From NCBI RefSeq assembly GCF_009914755.1, contig NC_060927.1: a stretch of 64,000 bases of DNA; one strand, given 5' to 3'. This document shows, one piece after another, positions 43,052 to 57,508 of this stretch (the stretch's first letter is position 1; every line of letters starts with the position of its first letter). The translations under genes were made by a program, and so were the position numbers. The notes beneath the pieces were generated by a model. The model ran no database searches, was not told the DNA's origin, and worked only from the letters and a program-made list of their open reading frames with translations. The stretch is from the human T2T-CHM13v2.0 reference genome, Homo sapiens.

Positions 43052-43910
43052 CGATATGGGAGTGCTGGGAAGGGAAGAACATGGTCCCTTTTAAATGATA
43101 TGGAAGGGGGGAAGGGGAGAAGGGAAGTGCTGGGTAGAAGAGAACGTGGTCCCTGGGTAGGGCTCCATCCTCACCGACCTAGGTAAGGACAGGTCATCCG
43201 GCTTTTCTGCCAAAATGTTGCATTTTCCAAGACCATCCTGGCCTCCCACACCCCCATCCTGGGCCTCTAAAAACCAGAGACCCTAGCGGGCAGACAAAGA
43301 CAGCTGGAGATTAAGAGGAGCAAACCGGCGGAGGAGGAAGACACAAGCAGCTGGTTGTTGACAGAACATCAAGAGGAGCATCCCCACAGAAGAGCACACA
43401 GACAGGCACTGGCACCCCAGTAGGCCATCCACCAGCAAGAGGAAATGGAGTTTGGCCCGGGCCATTGGAGGAGAGCTAGAACCTATGAGCGGCCCAACTC
43501 CAGGGGAAGACCATCTCCCTTCTGGCTCCCCCACTGGCTAAGAGCTACTTGCACTCAATAAAACTTTGCATTCATTCTTCAAGCTCACCTGTGATCTGAT
43601 TCTTCCGGTATACCAAGGCAAGAACCTGGGATTCAGAAAGCCCTCTGTCCTTGCAACAAGGTAGAGGGTCTAATTGAGCTGGTTAACACAAGCCACCTAT
43701 AGACAGCAAACTAAGAGAACCCTGTAACACACACCCACTGGGACTTCAGGAGCTGTAAACATTCACCCCTAGACACTGCCATGGCGTCAGAGCTCCACAG
43801 CCTGCCCGTCTGTATGCTCCCCTAGAGGTTTGAGCAGCAGGGCACTGAAGAAGTGAGGCATACCCCATCATACACCCTGTGAGGGGGACAAGGGAACTTT
43901 TCTCGTTTTA
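43052..43910 (+). mobile_element. Solo ERV1 LTR (LTR1B-like)
   Basis: gatatgggagtgctgggaagggaaga...aataaa...gacaagggaacttttctcgtttta; perfect TSD ATTA at 43048-43051 and 43911-43914. Confidence 0.88.
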
Positions 43911-43959
43911 ATTAAAGTTTGAGATTTCTTGCAACTTTCTCACTAAAAACAAACCGCAA

Positions 43960-44330
43960 TGCTCAATCAGTACGTGGATAAGAAAACAGAGGAGATATAT
44001 ATGTAAAATGAAATACTACTCAGCCACCTGGATGGAGTTGGGGACCATAATTCTAAGTGAAGTAACTCAGGATATGTTCTCACTTACAAGTGGGAGCTAA
44101 GCTATGAGGACGTAAAGGCATAAGAATGATACAATGCACTTTGGGGACTCAGGGAGAAGGGTGGAAGGGGGGCGAGGGATAAAAGACTAAACATTGGATA
44201 CAGTGTACCCATCTTGGGTGATGGGTACACCAAAATCTCAGAAATCACCACTAAAGAACTTATCCATGTAACTAATCACCACCTGTTCTCCAAAAGCAGA
44301 TATAGATATCTGCTTATATATGCAAAAATA
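43960..44330 (+). mobile_element. L1PB-like 3' end
   Basis: aagtgggagctaagctatgaggacgtaaaggcataagaatgatac...aaatcaccactaaagaacttatccatgtaac. Confidence 0.85.
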
Positions 44331-44894
44331 AATATTGGAAAGTGAAACCAAAAACAAAAATAGTTACATATTGGGTCAGGGAAGGAGGGAGATGGAGGGG
44401 AAGGGATAAGAATGAAGGCAAGACTTCTTTGAATATAACTTATTACAAAACTTTGACTTTGGAATCATGCAAATGTGTTATCTCTTTTTAAAAAAATCCA
44501 AAAAATAGGATGAACATAAGCAGCTTCCATATTCAGACTATTTTTCACTATTACTGTCATCTAACCTTCATGTCAACTGATTGCAAAACCTACAATAAGT
44601 GAACACAATAATCATAACATACAAATAATAAAAATAAATTATTGCTGTTAAACCCCGAAACCTCAAACTCCTTTTCTATTGATTCATTCATTTCTCAAAA
44701 ACTGGCTCTAAGTTCAGTGTGCAAGAGAAGCAGTTCTGCAGAAACTGAGGAAACTCACTCCAAGTGAAAACTAACCAACCTTACCACAATGTAGCCTAGA
44801 CAGTCATATGAAGGAACATCTCCGCACCCATAACACACCAACATGTGATTGTAAAGTGCGAAGTCAACTTCATTCTGTTTCTTATTTCATATTA

Positions 44895-45080
44895 GGTGTT
44901 AAGAGCTTTCCTTGTATTAGATACTATGCTACATATTCTACATAAATTATTTGCCTACTTTGATGTAAATATTATAATCACCATTGTACAGAGAAAATTG
45001 AGATGTAGAAGAGTTAATGACAAGCAGAAGGTCACCCTGATAGTAACAAAATTAGAAATTAAACTTAGTTTTTTCTAGTT
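44895..45080 (-). mobile_element. MIR
   Basis: attataatcaccattgtacagagaaaattgagatgtagaagagttaatgac...aaggtcac. Confidence 0.6.
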
Positions 45081-46111
45081 CAAAGGTATGGCCACGTGAC
45101 CATAAAGTCACATTGTCTCCCCAAATAAACCTCAAATGGCAATAACAGTGAGGCCAGAATCCTGGGAATGAGGGAATTGATGCCACCACTGTTGGAACTT
45201 TTGGCATTAAAGCAAAATTTGTGATGCTGAAGTTGAACATGGAAAGACTTCACACTTCTCCAAGGATGCTCAAACAAGCCACTTTAATAATAAAGTTTTA
45301 AGAAGAGTTTGAGAGAAAAATTGTGTTAACATGTTTAGCAGGTAGTGTTAGATTCTTACAAACGCTGCAATGCTTTCTTATTCTGAGCTTAAATTAACCA
45401 ACACTAATATACTGTCCTGAGATACTAGATTCAGAGATACTTTGCAAATAAAAATCTTTAATCTTGTTTCCTTTCATCAATTTATCCTGCTTAGCTAGTA
45501 CTAGAGCAAATACATTTAACCTGTGACATCTTAAATATCACATATTTTATTAAACCAATAAATACTAACATGTTTGAAATTAATAACTCAATAGGATGTC
45601 TGAAACTTAGCTCTACACCTCTATGAAAATAGACATTCCTTACAACTCTGTCCTGCTATAGTTATGAGAGCATCAAAATTGTGAGAAAGAAAATCATTCA
45701 AACAACAAAGCACAAATTATCTTAGACTGATTGACACCACTAGGAATCATCTGCATATATGTGAAATATAGAACTGTCTTTTCTCCCAAAGACCCATTGA
45801 CAATGAAGATCATATAGTAGGTCATAGTTTGGAAGAGGAAGAGGAGAAAATAAACTACCAAGAGTTAGGAGATGAAAAGACCCTAGAAATTATGTTTATT
45901 CATCCATTGCTTCATTTATCAGAATGTGCAGTTATCATTGAGCAGCATGCACAGTGAATGGAGTGAATTTTTGATTCATGCAGACTATGTTTTATACCCA
46001 ACTCTTCTACTTCCTGGTATATTGTTCATTCTCTATAAGCTTCAGGTTTTCCATCTATACAATAGATTTTATTAAATTATTTTATTATGAAATGACCCTA
46101 TTTATGGTGAT

Positions 46112-46461
46112 ACACATTCAGCATCCTTTGAAAATCCCCAATTCAAAATGTTCCACAATCCAAAACTTTTTGAGTGCTGATATGGCTCCACAAGTAGAAA
46201 GTTTCACACCTCATGTAATAAGGTGCAGTAAAAATGCAGTCAAAACTCTTTCATGTTGAAAATTATTTTAAAATATTTTATAAAATTACCTTTAAGCCAT
46301 GTGTATAAGGTGTACATGAAACATAAATGAATTTTGTGTTTAGACTTGGGTCCCATTTCCAAGATATCTCACTATGTATATGCAAACATTCCAAAATCTT
46401 TAAAAAATCCAAAATTGGAAATACTTTTTGTCCCATTTTAGATATATTATACTTAATCCAT
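46112..46461 (+). mobile_element. Tigger4b/MER46-like DNA transposon
   Basis: agcatcc...aaaatccccaattcaaaatgttccacaatccaaaactttttgagtgctga...gtgtttagacttgggtcccat. Confidence 0.78.
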
Positions 46462-46464
46462 ATT

Positions 46465-46830
46465 TTTTGTCTTGAGCACTACAATATTCGATGTTAATAT
46501 AGCAGCACCTGCTTCTTTATGCTTAGAGTTGGAATGGTATATATATGTCCTATCCTTTTATTTTCAATCGTTTATGTCTTTGTATTTAAAAAGTGTCTGC
46601 TGTAAATAGCATGTAATTGGGTCTTGCTTTTTGTCTACTCTGAAAATCTTCACATTTTGAGTGTTTAGACTATTTATATTTAATGTAATTATTGCATGGT
46701 TAGAGATGTCTACTATTACATTCTTTGTGTTTTACTAGCCTTTTTTTGTTGTTTTGTTTTCCTGTTCTACTCCTGTCCTCCTTTGGGTTAACTGAGTATT
46801 TTATATCTCCTTTCCTGGCTTTTTAGGGCA
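46465..46830 (-). mobile_element. Old L1M ORF2 fragment
   Basis: gatgttaatatagcagcacctgcttctttatg...tttagactatttatatttaatgtaattattg. Confidence 0.65.
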
Positions 46831-48464
46831 AATAAGGCTTTTTGTTTGAAATATTTAGCTCAGTGATTGGAACTCAACTTATGACAACTATCTCTCAGTT
46901 TTGGATAGCTATCTCTTAATCATTAATTACTGTCAACATAATGAATAATCTACTATTGCTGACATCATGTAAAATCTATATGTATGGAGCATTGTTTTTG
47001 CCCTGAAGGGGACTTAGAATTTAGTGAGGAAATGTAATACATGGGTTATATACAAATGACATATGTCAAAATGAAAACACATACAAGCATGTTCAGTAAA
47101 GCATTGAAACAGGGTAGGTAGGATTTGGAGAAAAAGGATGAAAAATACATTTTCAATTGAGACATTGAGAAGAAAGGTAGTTTATTTGCAAATATTCATG
47201 TGTATTAAAAGAATGGTTATGTTAGCCAACTTTGATTGCTACAACAGGATTGAAATACAATCTACATATGTGACTATGTGGAGAAGATTGGACATAAAAG
47301 TGAGTGGATTCTGGATTAAAAGGTACTCTGTGCTCCACTTAGGGAATTCGAACCTCATTTTAGTGGCAATAAGGAGTTTCTAAATGATTTTAAATCATTT
47401 GGGCAACAGGATTTAATACATATTTACAAAAATCACACTGGTGGTTGTGTGAAGGGTATTTAAGTGGACAGAGAGAAGCCTGGGGGAAGAGAAGTCACAC
47501 TCCATTTGTAATTTAAAGAAAATGGGAGTCAAAGAACTGCTGTGATATATCCAAGCCATAAACTATTAAAATTGGGGCATGACATAGACAATCCTGATCC
47601 CTAGTACATTTTTAATATGGTTACCTTTACCTGGAAGTTTTAAAAATTATCTATCGTGTACCCACATAATTGTTTCTGATGATATTAAAATGATGATTTC
47701 ATAATGAAGTTGATATTTGCAGTCAAAATTATACTAACCTGAGTGTGAAATATGTCTCTCTCTATATATTTATATGTAAGTTTTAAAGGGAAGAGGAAAA
47801 AATCGTGCATCACCTGAGTTATTTAGTGGCTATTTTAAGAGGACAAACTTTCTGTTCCAAACTTAACTGAGTATTACAAATACATTTTTAACCTGTTCCC
47901 TGAATAGGTTTCATACACATTGTGTCAGCCGAGTCATTTTTACTGCTTTTCCCTCTTCTCCGTCTTAACCTAGACACATGATTGACTGGAGACTATATTT
48001 GACTGACAGATATAACAATTTAAATATAAACACTTATTAACCCTGCAAGAGCATCTTAATAAAAGAACATGGAGATAGACATACAAGGTAGATATGCTGA
48101 TTTTGAAGCCAATTGCATTGTACCTTAATGTGACAGAAGCAATGAATCAAATGAAAGTCTGTGTGAAATAATTCCAAAGATTTTTTTTTCCACACATTTA
48201 AATCAGCACCTCCATGTAGGCAAGCAGTGCTAAAGGATTATGCAAAGGCTTAATACTCTCTTTTGCACCATATAGTATTTCAACTTAGACTCCAATTCTC
48301 TTGTTATTTTTTTCCATTCTTGCAAACCTGAGATGTCTTCAGGAATTCATTCATTTTAATCTGTTCTATGACCATGGTTGGACCTTGACCCTGCTAGAAC
48401 GACTTATAAATCTGAGTCATTATTTCTGGATAAGACAATGGGCAAAAAAGGTATATGATAATAA

Positions 48465-48970
48465 CTGCTAACCATGAAGATGGTACTGTATTAGATCCTT
48501 TACATTATTAGCTCATTTAATCTTCACAAAAAACAAATGGCATAGGTAATATATTGCCTTTATTTACAGATGAGGAAACTGAAAGTCCAAGATTTTTAAA
48601 AATTTGTTTTTTTTTTTAGATTCAAGGGGTACATTTGCATGTTGTTACATGGATATATTGTGTGCTGATAGAGAGGGCTTCTAGTATATCCATTACCCAA
48701 ATAGTAAACACTATACCTGACAGGCAATTTTCAATCCTTGTCCCCTTTCCATCTACCCCTCTTTTGGAGTTCCCAGTGTTTATTATTTCCATCTTTATGT
48801 ACCTGTGTACCCATTGTTTAGCTCCTACTTATAAGTGGCAACATGCAGGATTTGAGAATCTAAAAATTTATGCAATTCCTCTAAGAGCAAACATTTAGTA
48901 AGTAGAATCCCAAATTAGAATCTAGGCATCTGCTCCAGTTCCCAAACTTTTAAACTCCAGGGCTCTACTA
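48465..48970 (-). mobile_element. MIR interrupted by a short L1P 3' end (~48603-48848)
   Basis: ctcatttaatcttcaca...tttacagatgaggaaactga, then ttttagattcaaggggtacatttgc...tagctcctacttataagtg. Confidence 0.75.
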
Positions 48971-49683
48971 CATATTGGGCATCACGACTGAACAAGTATT
49001 TTCAGATGCAAGTTCTGCTGATGGGTGATGGGAAATGACTTTCTAATGGTAGCCATCTTTCATAGTTGCATCTCCATGGAATCTAAAATTCTTCCACATG
49101 ACAATTTGTTAAATCTTTCTAATAATCTTGCAAAATAAGTATTATTCATATTTCCAATAAACAGTAATAGAAAGCTGAGAGGCTAAGTGAGTTTTTCAAG
49201 ACTATTCAGGGAAGAAGCATAATTGGTTTTTCCAATAAGTTAGACTTGTGTTCAAATCTAGACTCTGCCCTCTACAATGCAGAAAACTAAATTCAGTGAG
49301 CTGAATTTTTTCTTTTGCCTGTGAAATAAATTCCTCTTTAGACAAGTATTCTACTCAATACAGTGCCTGCCACTTGGTATCTATGCAATACATATTTTTC
49401 ATTTGTTCAATCTGTGGAATCTTTTCATATCGTCTAATTTGTAGGACTAGAGAAGCAAAAAAGGAAATGCCAAAATCCTCAGCAAGGACTGTATTGTCAT
49501 AGCCAAACATTCTAAAGAGGATTTCATAACCTTAGAAAAGCAAAGACAAAAAAGGCGAATTTTAGTAAGTGGCACTGTCCTTCATGGACTAGAGAAGACA
49601 AATCATCTTAACATTTTTCTATTGTTAGGTTGACTTCAACTTAGTCCAGTTTTAAGTCTAGCTAGTAAAAATCATTGAGCAAG

Positions 49684-50420
49684 GGCATTCTGCTTCCAGG
49701 AAGGTGGAGTAGATATACTTTTCTCTAGTCCTCCTTCTAAGTACAACTACAAACCTTTGATATTGTAAACAAAGCAAATATCAGAAGACTGAAAGGTAGA
49801 GAGAAGACGACAAACCAACCAGGGACCTTAGGGCGTGAGGAAAAGCATAATGATAATTTTTTTTTTTTTGCATTTTTTTCCTCATATACCCCAGACTTGG
49901 AGCTGAAGAAGCAAGCAAACTAGAAATGCCAATAGGCACAGGAAAAAGAAAAAAGCTCCAATGGAAGCCTATTGTCTCTAGGCAACAGACCAGGAAAGGA
50001 ACAGTCTAGGAAGACAGACAACTTTTAGATGGTAACTGTTATACTCTATATAAATACCACAGGAAAACTCATGGCTCTGACCTCCATCCACGCCATTAGT
50101 TGGGTAGGGATCTTGGACTTGTATCCTTATAAAGCTATAATGATGTGCCCAACAACCCTGATGTGTTGACATCAATGAATGCCAAGTGGAGACCATGGAT
50201 GTTCATCTTCTTAGAGTGGTAATAAGCTCCCCTTTTCCCCTCATCCCTGGGTCCTGTATTCCATACCCATACAACTGTAATGAGGTGCTCCTTCCTTCTC
50301 TTCTGGGGTTGTGTCAATGGAGGCCCAATAGAGAGTCAGAACTTATATCATTTGGTAATGAGGCCAAACATACCAGTGTCAGGGAAGACCATGAGGAAAT
50401 CTGAAACTCCTGCCCCAGTG
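49684..50420 (+). mobile_element. L1MC/MD-type 5' end
   Basis: Begins ttctgcttccaggaaggtggagtagatatacttttc, the same terminus type as the antisense one at ~42336. Confidence 0.65.
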
Positions 50421-50429
50421 CAGACCAGT

Positions 50430-51327
50430 GTTTGAGATTTTTCCAGCATCAGGAAGACTTCCTGCAGCTGTCTCTTTCTCTGTTTCTGAAAAACTGGCTA
50501 CCCTACAGTTTAGCCTGTATCTCCAGTGAATCTATAAATCTCCTCCCAACTGTCTTTCAACATGAATTCCACTGTTTTTGAGAGTACTCATAGGCTTGAT
50601 CTTCTCTACACTTTTGTAAATGAGGTCAGTTGCTTTGGGGAAGTATTTGGAACTCTGTTCTATGGCCTGTAATTTCACTTAGAAAATATCTCTGAACTAG
50701 ACTCTGGTGCTGGGGGTAGGGAAAATGGCACGCTTGTGTCTGAGTGACAACCTCAGTTCGGGAGCTGAGGACATGGTGGATGAGGGAGTCAGCAGCCCCA
50801 AGTCTCCTTGGTTTGCCTGTGTGGAACCTCCAGCCTTTAAGGGCAATTAGGGCCCCAGTATTCCTAGTGGTGCCTCATCCAAGGTAGAGTTCTGTTCTCA
50901 TGAGTAAGGGGCAGGAGAAGGGATTCCTGACCTCTTGACTGTACTCATCTGAAACTTACTTTCAATGGCAGACAGTGGGGGCATGATAAGAATTTGCTGA
51001 CATTCTGCCATTCTCAGAAGATAGCCCTCATATTGGGAGCTGAAGAAATTGGGATTCCTACATTCTTGGCTGTGCCATTCTGGCGTGGAATTTCTGTCTT
51101 GCTGAGTTGGGAAGGGGAAGTAAAAGAATAGATTTTGGTTCAAATACCACAAACTCTCATAATTCTTACAGAGTTTTGTAGATTTTCTTGATTTTTTTTT
51201 TGTTTTTGCTGTATACCCTTAGGATCATTTCAAAAAGCATTAATTTAGTTTTGATAGTTTTCATCAATTTCACTGGCAAGTGGCTCAGCAGAGATCCTCA
51301 CTGTGTCATGCCAGAAGTGGAACTCCT
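50430..51327 (-). mobile_element. Old L1M 5' end (different subfamily)
   Basis: Ends tgtcatgccagaagtggaactcc, whose reverse complement GGAGTTCCACTTCTGGCATGAC is a typical L1M 5' terminus. Confidence 0.55.
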
Positions 51328-51393
51328 CTCTATTATTCCTTCCAACTACAATCTACCTGATCTCAAAAGAAAATAACTTAAAAAACTGAATAG

Positions 51394-51790
51394 TGTCTTA
51401 GATTATCTCCAAGACAGGATATTTTTGTGCAAGTGATTTTTGGGGAGAGGCTTTTAGGAAAAGGGGAGTGAGGAAAGGAGAAGGGGCAGGGAAACGCACT
51501 AAGCAAGGTTGTGGTCTCAGCTAGAACCCAGCTTCAGGTTGATCCCCTAAGAATTATGGAACACAATTTTTCACTACAGATTGGCTCCATCTTGAGACAG
51601 GTCAGTCACTCATTAAATTCAGGTTGTATCTGGGGGATGACTGCCTCTTTGGCAAGGTGGTGTGTAGATACCAAGGGCAATTACCTGCAGGAAAGGCCAG
51701 CTGTGACCAATTAGCAACCAACATTGACAACAGGTGGGGAGTGGGTGCACTTGCCAAATAAAGAAGATGTGAGTGACACACCAACAGTAC
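51394..51790 (-). mobile_element. ERVL LTR (LTR16-like)
   Basis: tgtcttag...tttgtgcaagtgatttt...aagcaaggttgtggtctcagct...tgatccc. Confidence 0.55.
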
Positions 51791-51799
51791 CTATTACTC

Positions 51800-52290
51800 C
51801 TAACCATTCATTTATTCTGTCATTCATGTAGCAAGGTGAACACTCTTTCAGGGGCTGGAGATACCAAGATAAATGAGAATCAATCTGTGTCTTCTGTATG
51901 TCAAGAAAGTGATTGAAATAACAAATTGTTATTGTAAATGGGCCATGCCAGGTAAATGGAATAATCACTTTGTCCATGGCATATAAAACAATACAGCTGA
52001 CCCAGCAGTTCTGAGGTGCTCCCTTCCCATTTGAGGAAACATATTCACAACATTGAAATAATTTGTTCAACATCTCACATATTGTTTTCTCATTCATTTT
52101 AACAAAGAGCTATTAAGCACCTTGCTAGGCACTATTGTTATAAGGAGAAATAAGCCAAGACCTAAACTTAAGGAGCTAACTGCACAGTGGGGAATTGAGA
52201 AGTAGATCAGTGAATGCAGAACAGTCTGGGAAGTGCTACATTAAAGGTCAACTGAGGAACAATGGATTCACAGGGGAGGCTTTGCTTCCA
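51800..52290 (-). mobile_element. L2 3'-end fragments
   Basis: cattcatttattctgtcattcat... and cattcattttaacaaagagctattaagcacc...ttaaggagctaactgcacagtgggga. Confidence 0.55.
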
Positions 52291-52956
52291 GGCTGAGAAT
52301 TTGCTTGCCTTTCTTGATTTCTAATTCAGTTCTCCTTTACTAAGCTACAGACAGAACCACTGGAGGGGAAAGAGTTCTTGAGGAATTCCCGAGGGTTTAC
52401 ATTAAATCATAATCATGTTAAATGTATCAGTCATTCCATTATGCACTGCTAGAGTAAACTCACTATTAAAATTTATCATGGTTATAAATAAAAATAGTGT
52501 GTTGTTTTGCTTCCATAAATTTAACTATGTGTTCTAAAATAAATATAATCACATTTATTGGCACACTTAGAATGGGTAGCCTTGTGAAAATTATTTCTAC
52601 ATGTTAAAAGAGAGCAGGGGAAAGAAACTATCAGGAAGAACATACAGAGTATTATAACAATTGGAAAATTATTTTTATACTTAATAGAAAACATTATGAG
52701 AGCATGTTTGAAAAAATCTTACTTCACAGCACTTTGATTATGTTGCCCATACACTGGAACGCCTCCTGTTATTTCATCATCAATTAAATCAGAGAAAACA
52801 TTACAAAAATGAAAACATAGTACAAAACAAGAAAAAATCTTTATGCTATGCTTTTTTTCTATTTTATTGAAAATAATAGCACATTTAAAAAATTTCTTAG
52901 ACATTTTAAATATCTTCTGATTCATCATGTTTCCTGATTTTAAAATTACTATTTCA

Positions 52957-53279
<323 letters not shown>

Positions 53280-53746
53280 CTATTTGATCATTTTGGAAAT
53301 TTTGAAAATATAAAAATGTATATGTATTATAATCAGATGTTTCTAGGGTTTGACTTGTATCAGGCAAGCTGTTGAGCAGTTATTTTTTGTCAGAATATGA
53401 GAGTAACTTTTACTAGTTTGTAAAAAGTATTGCTTTTTGCTAAATTTTAATTGAATTTAGATAAGTGTCTATCATTTGATATAAGTATATGAATAAATAG
53501 ATGTACTGGTACAACATATCATATTGCTGAGTTTGGTAAAATTACATTGCTGTTTGTCACGTCTTTTATCCCATCGTGAACTATGGCAGACTGTATCAAG
53601 TAGCCTACATTCCTTACTCCTCTTCACAGCCATATGCTTTGCCATGTGACTTTGAAGTATCTTTTAGTGAAGGAGTATCATATGTTTCCCTATCTCTTGA
53701 TTTTGGGTATAGTCATACAACTTGTTTTGCCAGTGGAGATAGAAGT

Positions 53747-53950
53747 TATTGGAGCTCAGGACACATTACCCCAAAATATGACTGTAGGAAACCAGAATAT
53801 GCCAACCCAATACCATACTTTTTTGAAATATTTTGAGCTGGTTATTTTTGAGAAATTGCATACACAGGAGTAGCTCTGAAAAGCTGTTCTTTTGTAAAAT
53901 AAAATGATGTCTATAGGAAATCTACATTAAAGTATCTGTATCATGGAGAA
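53747..53950 (+). mobile_element. Truncated ERV1 LTR 5' part (MER34/LTR48-group-like)
   Basis: tattggagctcaggacacattaccccaaaatatgactgtagg...tattttgagctggttatt. Confidence 0.65.
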
Positions 53951-55202
53951 GCCTGTTTTATCCGCGTCCTCTGTAAACAGCCACAACTGTAGCCAAACTT
54001 TAGGACTAAGTTTGTGTAAACTGATGTATAGTCTGCTCTCTGAGTGATGGTCCTAGGGAAGAGGTCCATGCAGACCCTTGAAGTGGGCTTTGGGCTATTT
54101 GAGCTTGGAATTTATTGGTCCTAGGTACCTGGATGGTTTAGAAGGAGGGTATGTTTCCTTGACTTTGTGGACTGTGATCTCTGGAGGCTGGTATGGCTGG
54201 AGAGAAGAAGAGGTCTCCAGAGTGTGTCATCTGAATCAAAGCCCTGCTTTCCCAAACCTAATAGTAATACTGATGCATACAGTTTGATATACCTATTAAT
54301 TTATTAATTCTATTATAAGCACTGTATATAAAAGATCTATTAAACGATGAGAGCTGTATTACAATTTCTCACTTCTATTGCATTGCTGTGTCTTACTTTG
54401 TTTTATTTTCTTTTGAAAAAACAAATTCTATCACCTTCATATCTGATGTTTGTACCTGTTTTAATCATATTATGAATTATAATAGGAAAAAATATACTCT
54501 TCTCCATGGGTACTGTTTTGGATAAGACGAGAATGTGTTTTTATTATCACATTTTATTTTCAATTTGTAAAAACTATGGAGAAGAAAGTTCAGGTGCATT
54601 CACCTTGAACTATATCTAATAATGTATTCTAAATACAGTTAAAATAAATAATATGCTGCAATTTCTTTTCTTGCCAAATGGCATAAGTAGATTAAACATG
54701 GGCTGGGGCTGCCATAACAAAAAATACAAACCATGTGTCTTAAAACAACAGAACTATATTGTTTCATACTTTTTCAGGATAGATCTTTAGAATCAAAGTG
54801 TCTGTAGAGTTGGTTCCTTCTGAGGGCTCTGAGAGAGAACTGCTCTTGATGTCTGGCAATTCTTGGTATTCCTTGGCTTGTAGATTCATCACTCTGGTCT
54901 CACCTCTTTCTTAAGATGATATTCTCCCTGTGTCTTCACATGACTATTTTCTTATAAGGACTCCAGTCATACTGCACTCCAGTATGACCTATCATCTTAA
55001 TTAATGCATCCATAATGCCCCTACTCCAAAATAAGGTCATATTCTTAGGTACTGGAGGTTAGGATTTCAATATACCTTTTCTAGGGAACATAATTCAACC
55101 CATAATGACTTTTCCTCTGGCTCACAAAGAATTCATGTCCTTCTCACACGGAAAATACATTCACCTCATCCAAACAACCCCCAAAGTCTTAATGCAACTG
55201 TC

Positions 55203-55498
55203 TTTTTTTTTTTTTTGAGACGGAGTCTCACTCTGTCTCCCTGGCTGGAGCGCAGTGGCATGATCTCGACTCACTGCAACCTGCGCCTCCCAGGTTCAAG
55301 CAATTCTCCTGCCTCAGCCTCCCGAGTAGCTAGGATTACAGGTGCCTGCCACTATGCCTGGCTAATTTTTGTATTTTTGGTAGAGATGGGGTTTCACCAC
55401 GTTGGCCAGGCTGGTCTTGAACTCCTGACCTTAAGTGATCCACCCACCTCGACCTCCCAAATTGCTGGGATTACAGTTGTAAGCCACCATGCCCAGCC
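55203..55498 (-). mobile_element. AluSx-like
   Basis: T-tract followed by a full antisense dimer. Confidence 0.93.
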
Positions 55499-56271
55499 CT
55501 AAATGCCATTTTTAAAACACAACTACATCTGGTCTGGGTGACACTCTTGATACTGTTCATCATGGAACAAAATTCCTTCCATCTTTCAACCTGAGAAACC
55601 TAGACAACAAGATATCTGCTTCTAAGATAAAATGATGTGACAGGTATAGGACAGACATGTCCATTCCAAATAGAAAACGTTAGAGGGAAAAAGCATCACT
55701 GGTCTAAAGTAAGTTTGGAACTTAGTGAGGCAAATTCTGTTAGGTTCCGAGACATGAGGATAATTATCTGTGCCTTAATGCTCTTTCCTCTGGGATTTCT
55801 GGGATGGCTGCACTCATTTGGCCCCAGGCAGTGGCTCCACCCTCTTGGACCTGGGTGGGAGCCCCATGCTCTGGAACCTAGGAAGTCCCATTGGCCCAGG
55901 CCTCTGTATCCATGACTGTTCTAGGAGTTGTTCTTCCTTCATTTCATCCCATATCTATTCTTTCAGTACAGGCATGCAGTGTTTTTCGTTTTTGTTATTG
56001 TTGTTTTGTTTTTGCTGGTATAAAATTCTCAAAAACCTTGTGGGTCATCTGTGGATGTTGAAGGTATTCACAAAGCTAGACACCAGGGTTCTCAACAAAT
56101 CCTTCCTGGATAACCACATCTCTATTCCTGGCTGTTCCTGAGATGATTGACTGAATCCGTGAATCACATGCCTTTAGCAATCTCTTTGATAAATGTCTGT
56201 CTAGCCATAGTTTTGGCCCTTTTTCCAGAGCATGCTATCTGGATAGTTGAGAATATTGCAAATTATCAAGT

Positions 56272-57104
56272 TGAGGACTAAATTCTGACCTTGAATTTCT
56301 CCTGCCCCAATTCCTAAAGGATCTGAGGAGCCAGACCCTACAAACCATAAAATCTCTTTAGACGGGTTTTTATTAATGCTATATAATGTGACTTACTTTC
56401 CAACCTGTCTCTGGTATAGCATCTCATGACCGATAGCAAACCCTGAGGAAAATAAAAATATTTTACCCCCAAATATATTTATTTGACATATTTTGAAACG
56501 GGTGCCATAGGGCCACGAGATTGAAATGGCCCTGCAAAGCTTCTTGTTGAAGAAAGGTACACCTGTAGAGAATCTTTATGAATGCAAACAGGCCTTCCCC
56601 TTCTAGGCATTTCTCAGATCTAGGAGAGATTAACTGAGAACCTGACACCTTTAGAGTTTGAAAAGAGACATCTGGCATCTATTTTCTCTGAGGGCTACCA
56701 CCAATAAGTCTTCAACTACAGAACAAGGGTTTGGTCCCCACTCTGTTAACTCAAACGTTCTTTTCTACTGACTTCAAGTCTTTAGACAATAGCTGACCTC
56801 TCTCAACCAATTGTCAACTAAAAAAATCCCTAAAATCCACCTGTGACTTGTAAGCCCCACCCCTATCCCCAAATGCCCCACCTTTTCTGGCCAAACCAAT
56901 GTATAGCTTCCATGTATCAATTTATAATTTTACTGGCAACTTGTCTCCCTGATATGTAGACTATGAAACTGTAACCTAGTTGCCTCAGGTGCACTTTCTC
57001 AGGACCTCTTGAGATTGTGTAAACCTGGGCCACAGTTGCTCATATTGGCTCAGAATAAATCTCTTTAAATATATTTTGGCAGAATTTTTTTTTTTCACTC
57101 ATCA
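56272..57104 (+). mobile_element. Solo ERV1 LTR (MER4D/E-like)
   Basis: tgaggactaaattctga...catattggctcagaataaatctctttaaa...tca; perfect TSD AAGT at 56268-56271 and 57105-57108. Confidence 0.87.
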
Positions 57105-57508
57105 AAGTGCTGGTTCCTTTCTGTTAGTAGTTTCTTCTTTGATTTTTCTCTTTCCTTTCACAGTTTACTATTAGCAGAAAGGAGAAATCAGGCCACACCT
57201 TCCACTCTTTGCTTGGAAATATGTTTAATATTCCTGTTTGTGACTCAGCTACTTCTACATGTTCCGTTGTTTTACAACATCCCACTTCCTTGTACCAGAA
57301 TCTATTAGTTTCCTAGGACTGCTGTAATGAAGTACCACAAACTGTCACTTAAAACAATGGAAATGTATTGTCTCACAGTTCTGGAAGCTAGAAGTCTGAA
57401 ATCAAAGTGTTGTCAGGGTTGGTTCCTCCTGGAGGATCTGAGGGAGGATTTTTCCATGCTTCTCTCCTAGCTTAGGTTTACTTTGCTTATCTGCCAATCC
57501 TTGGTATT

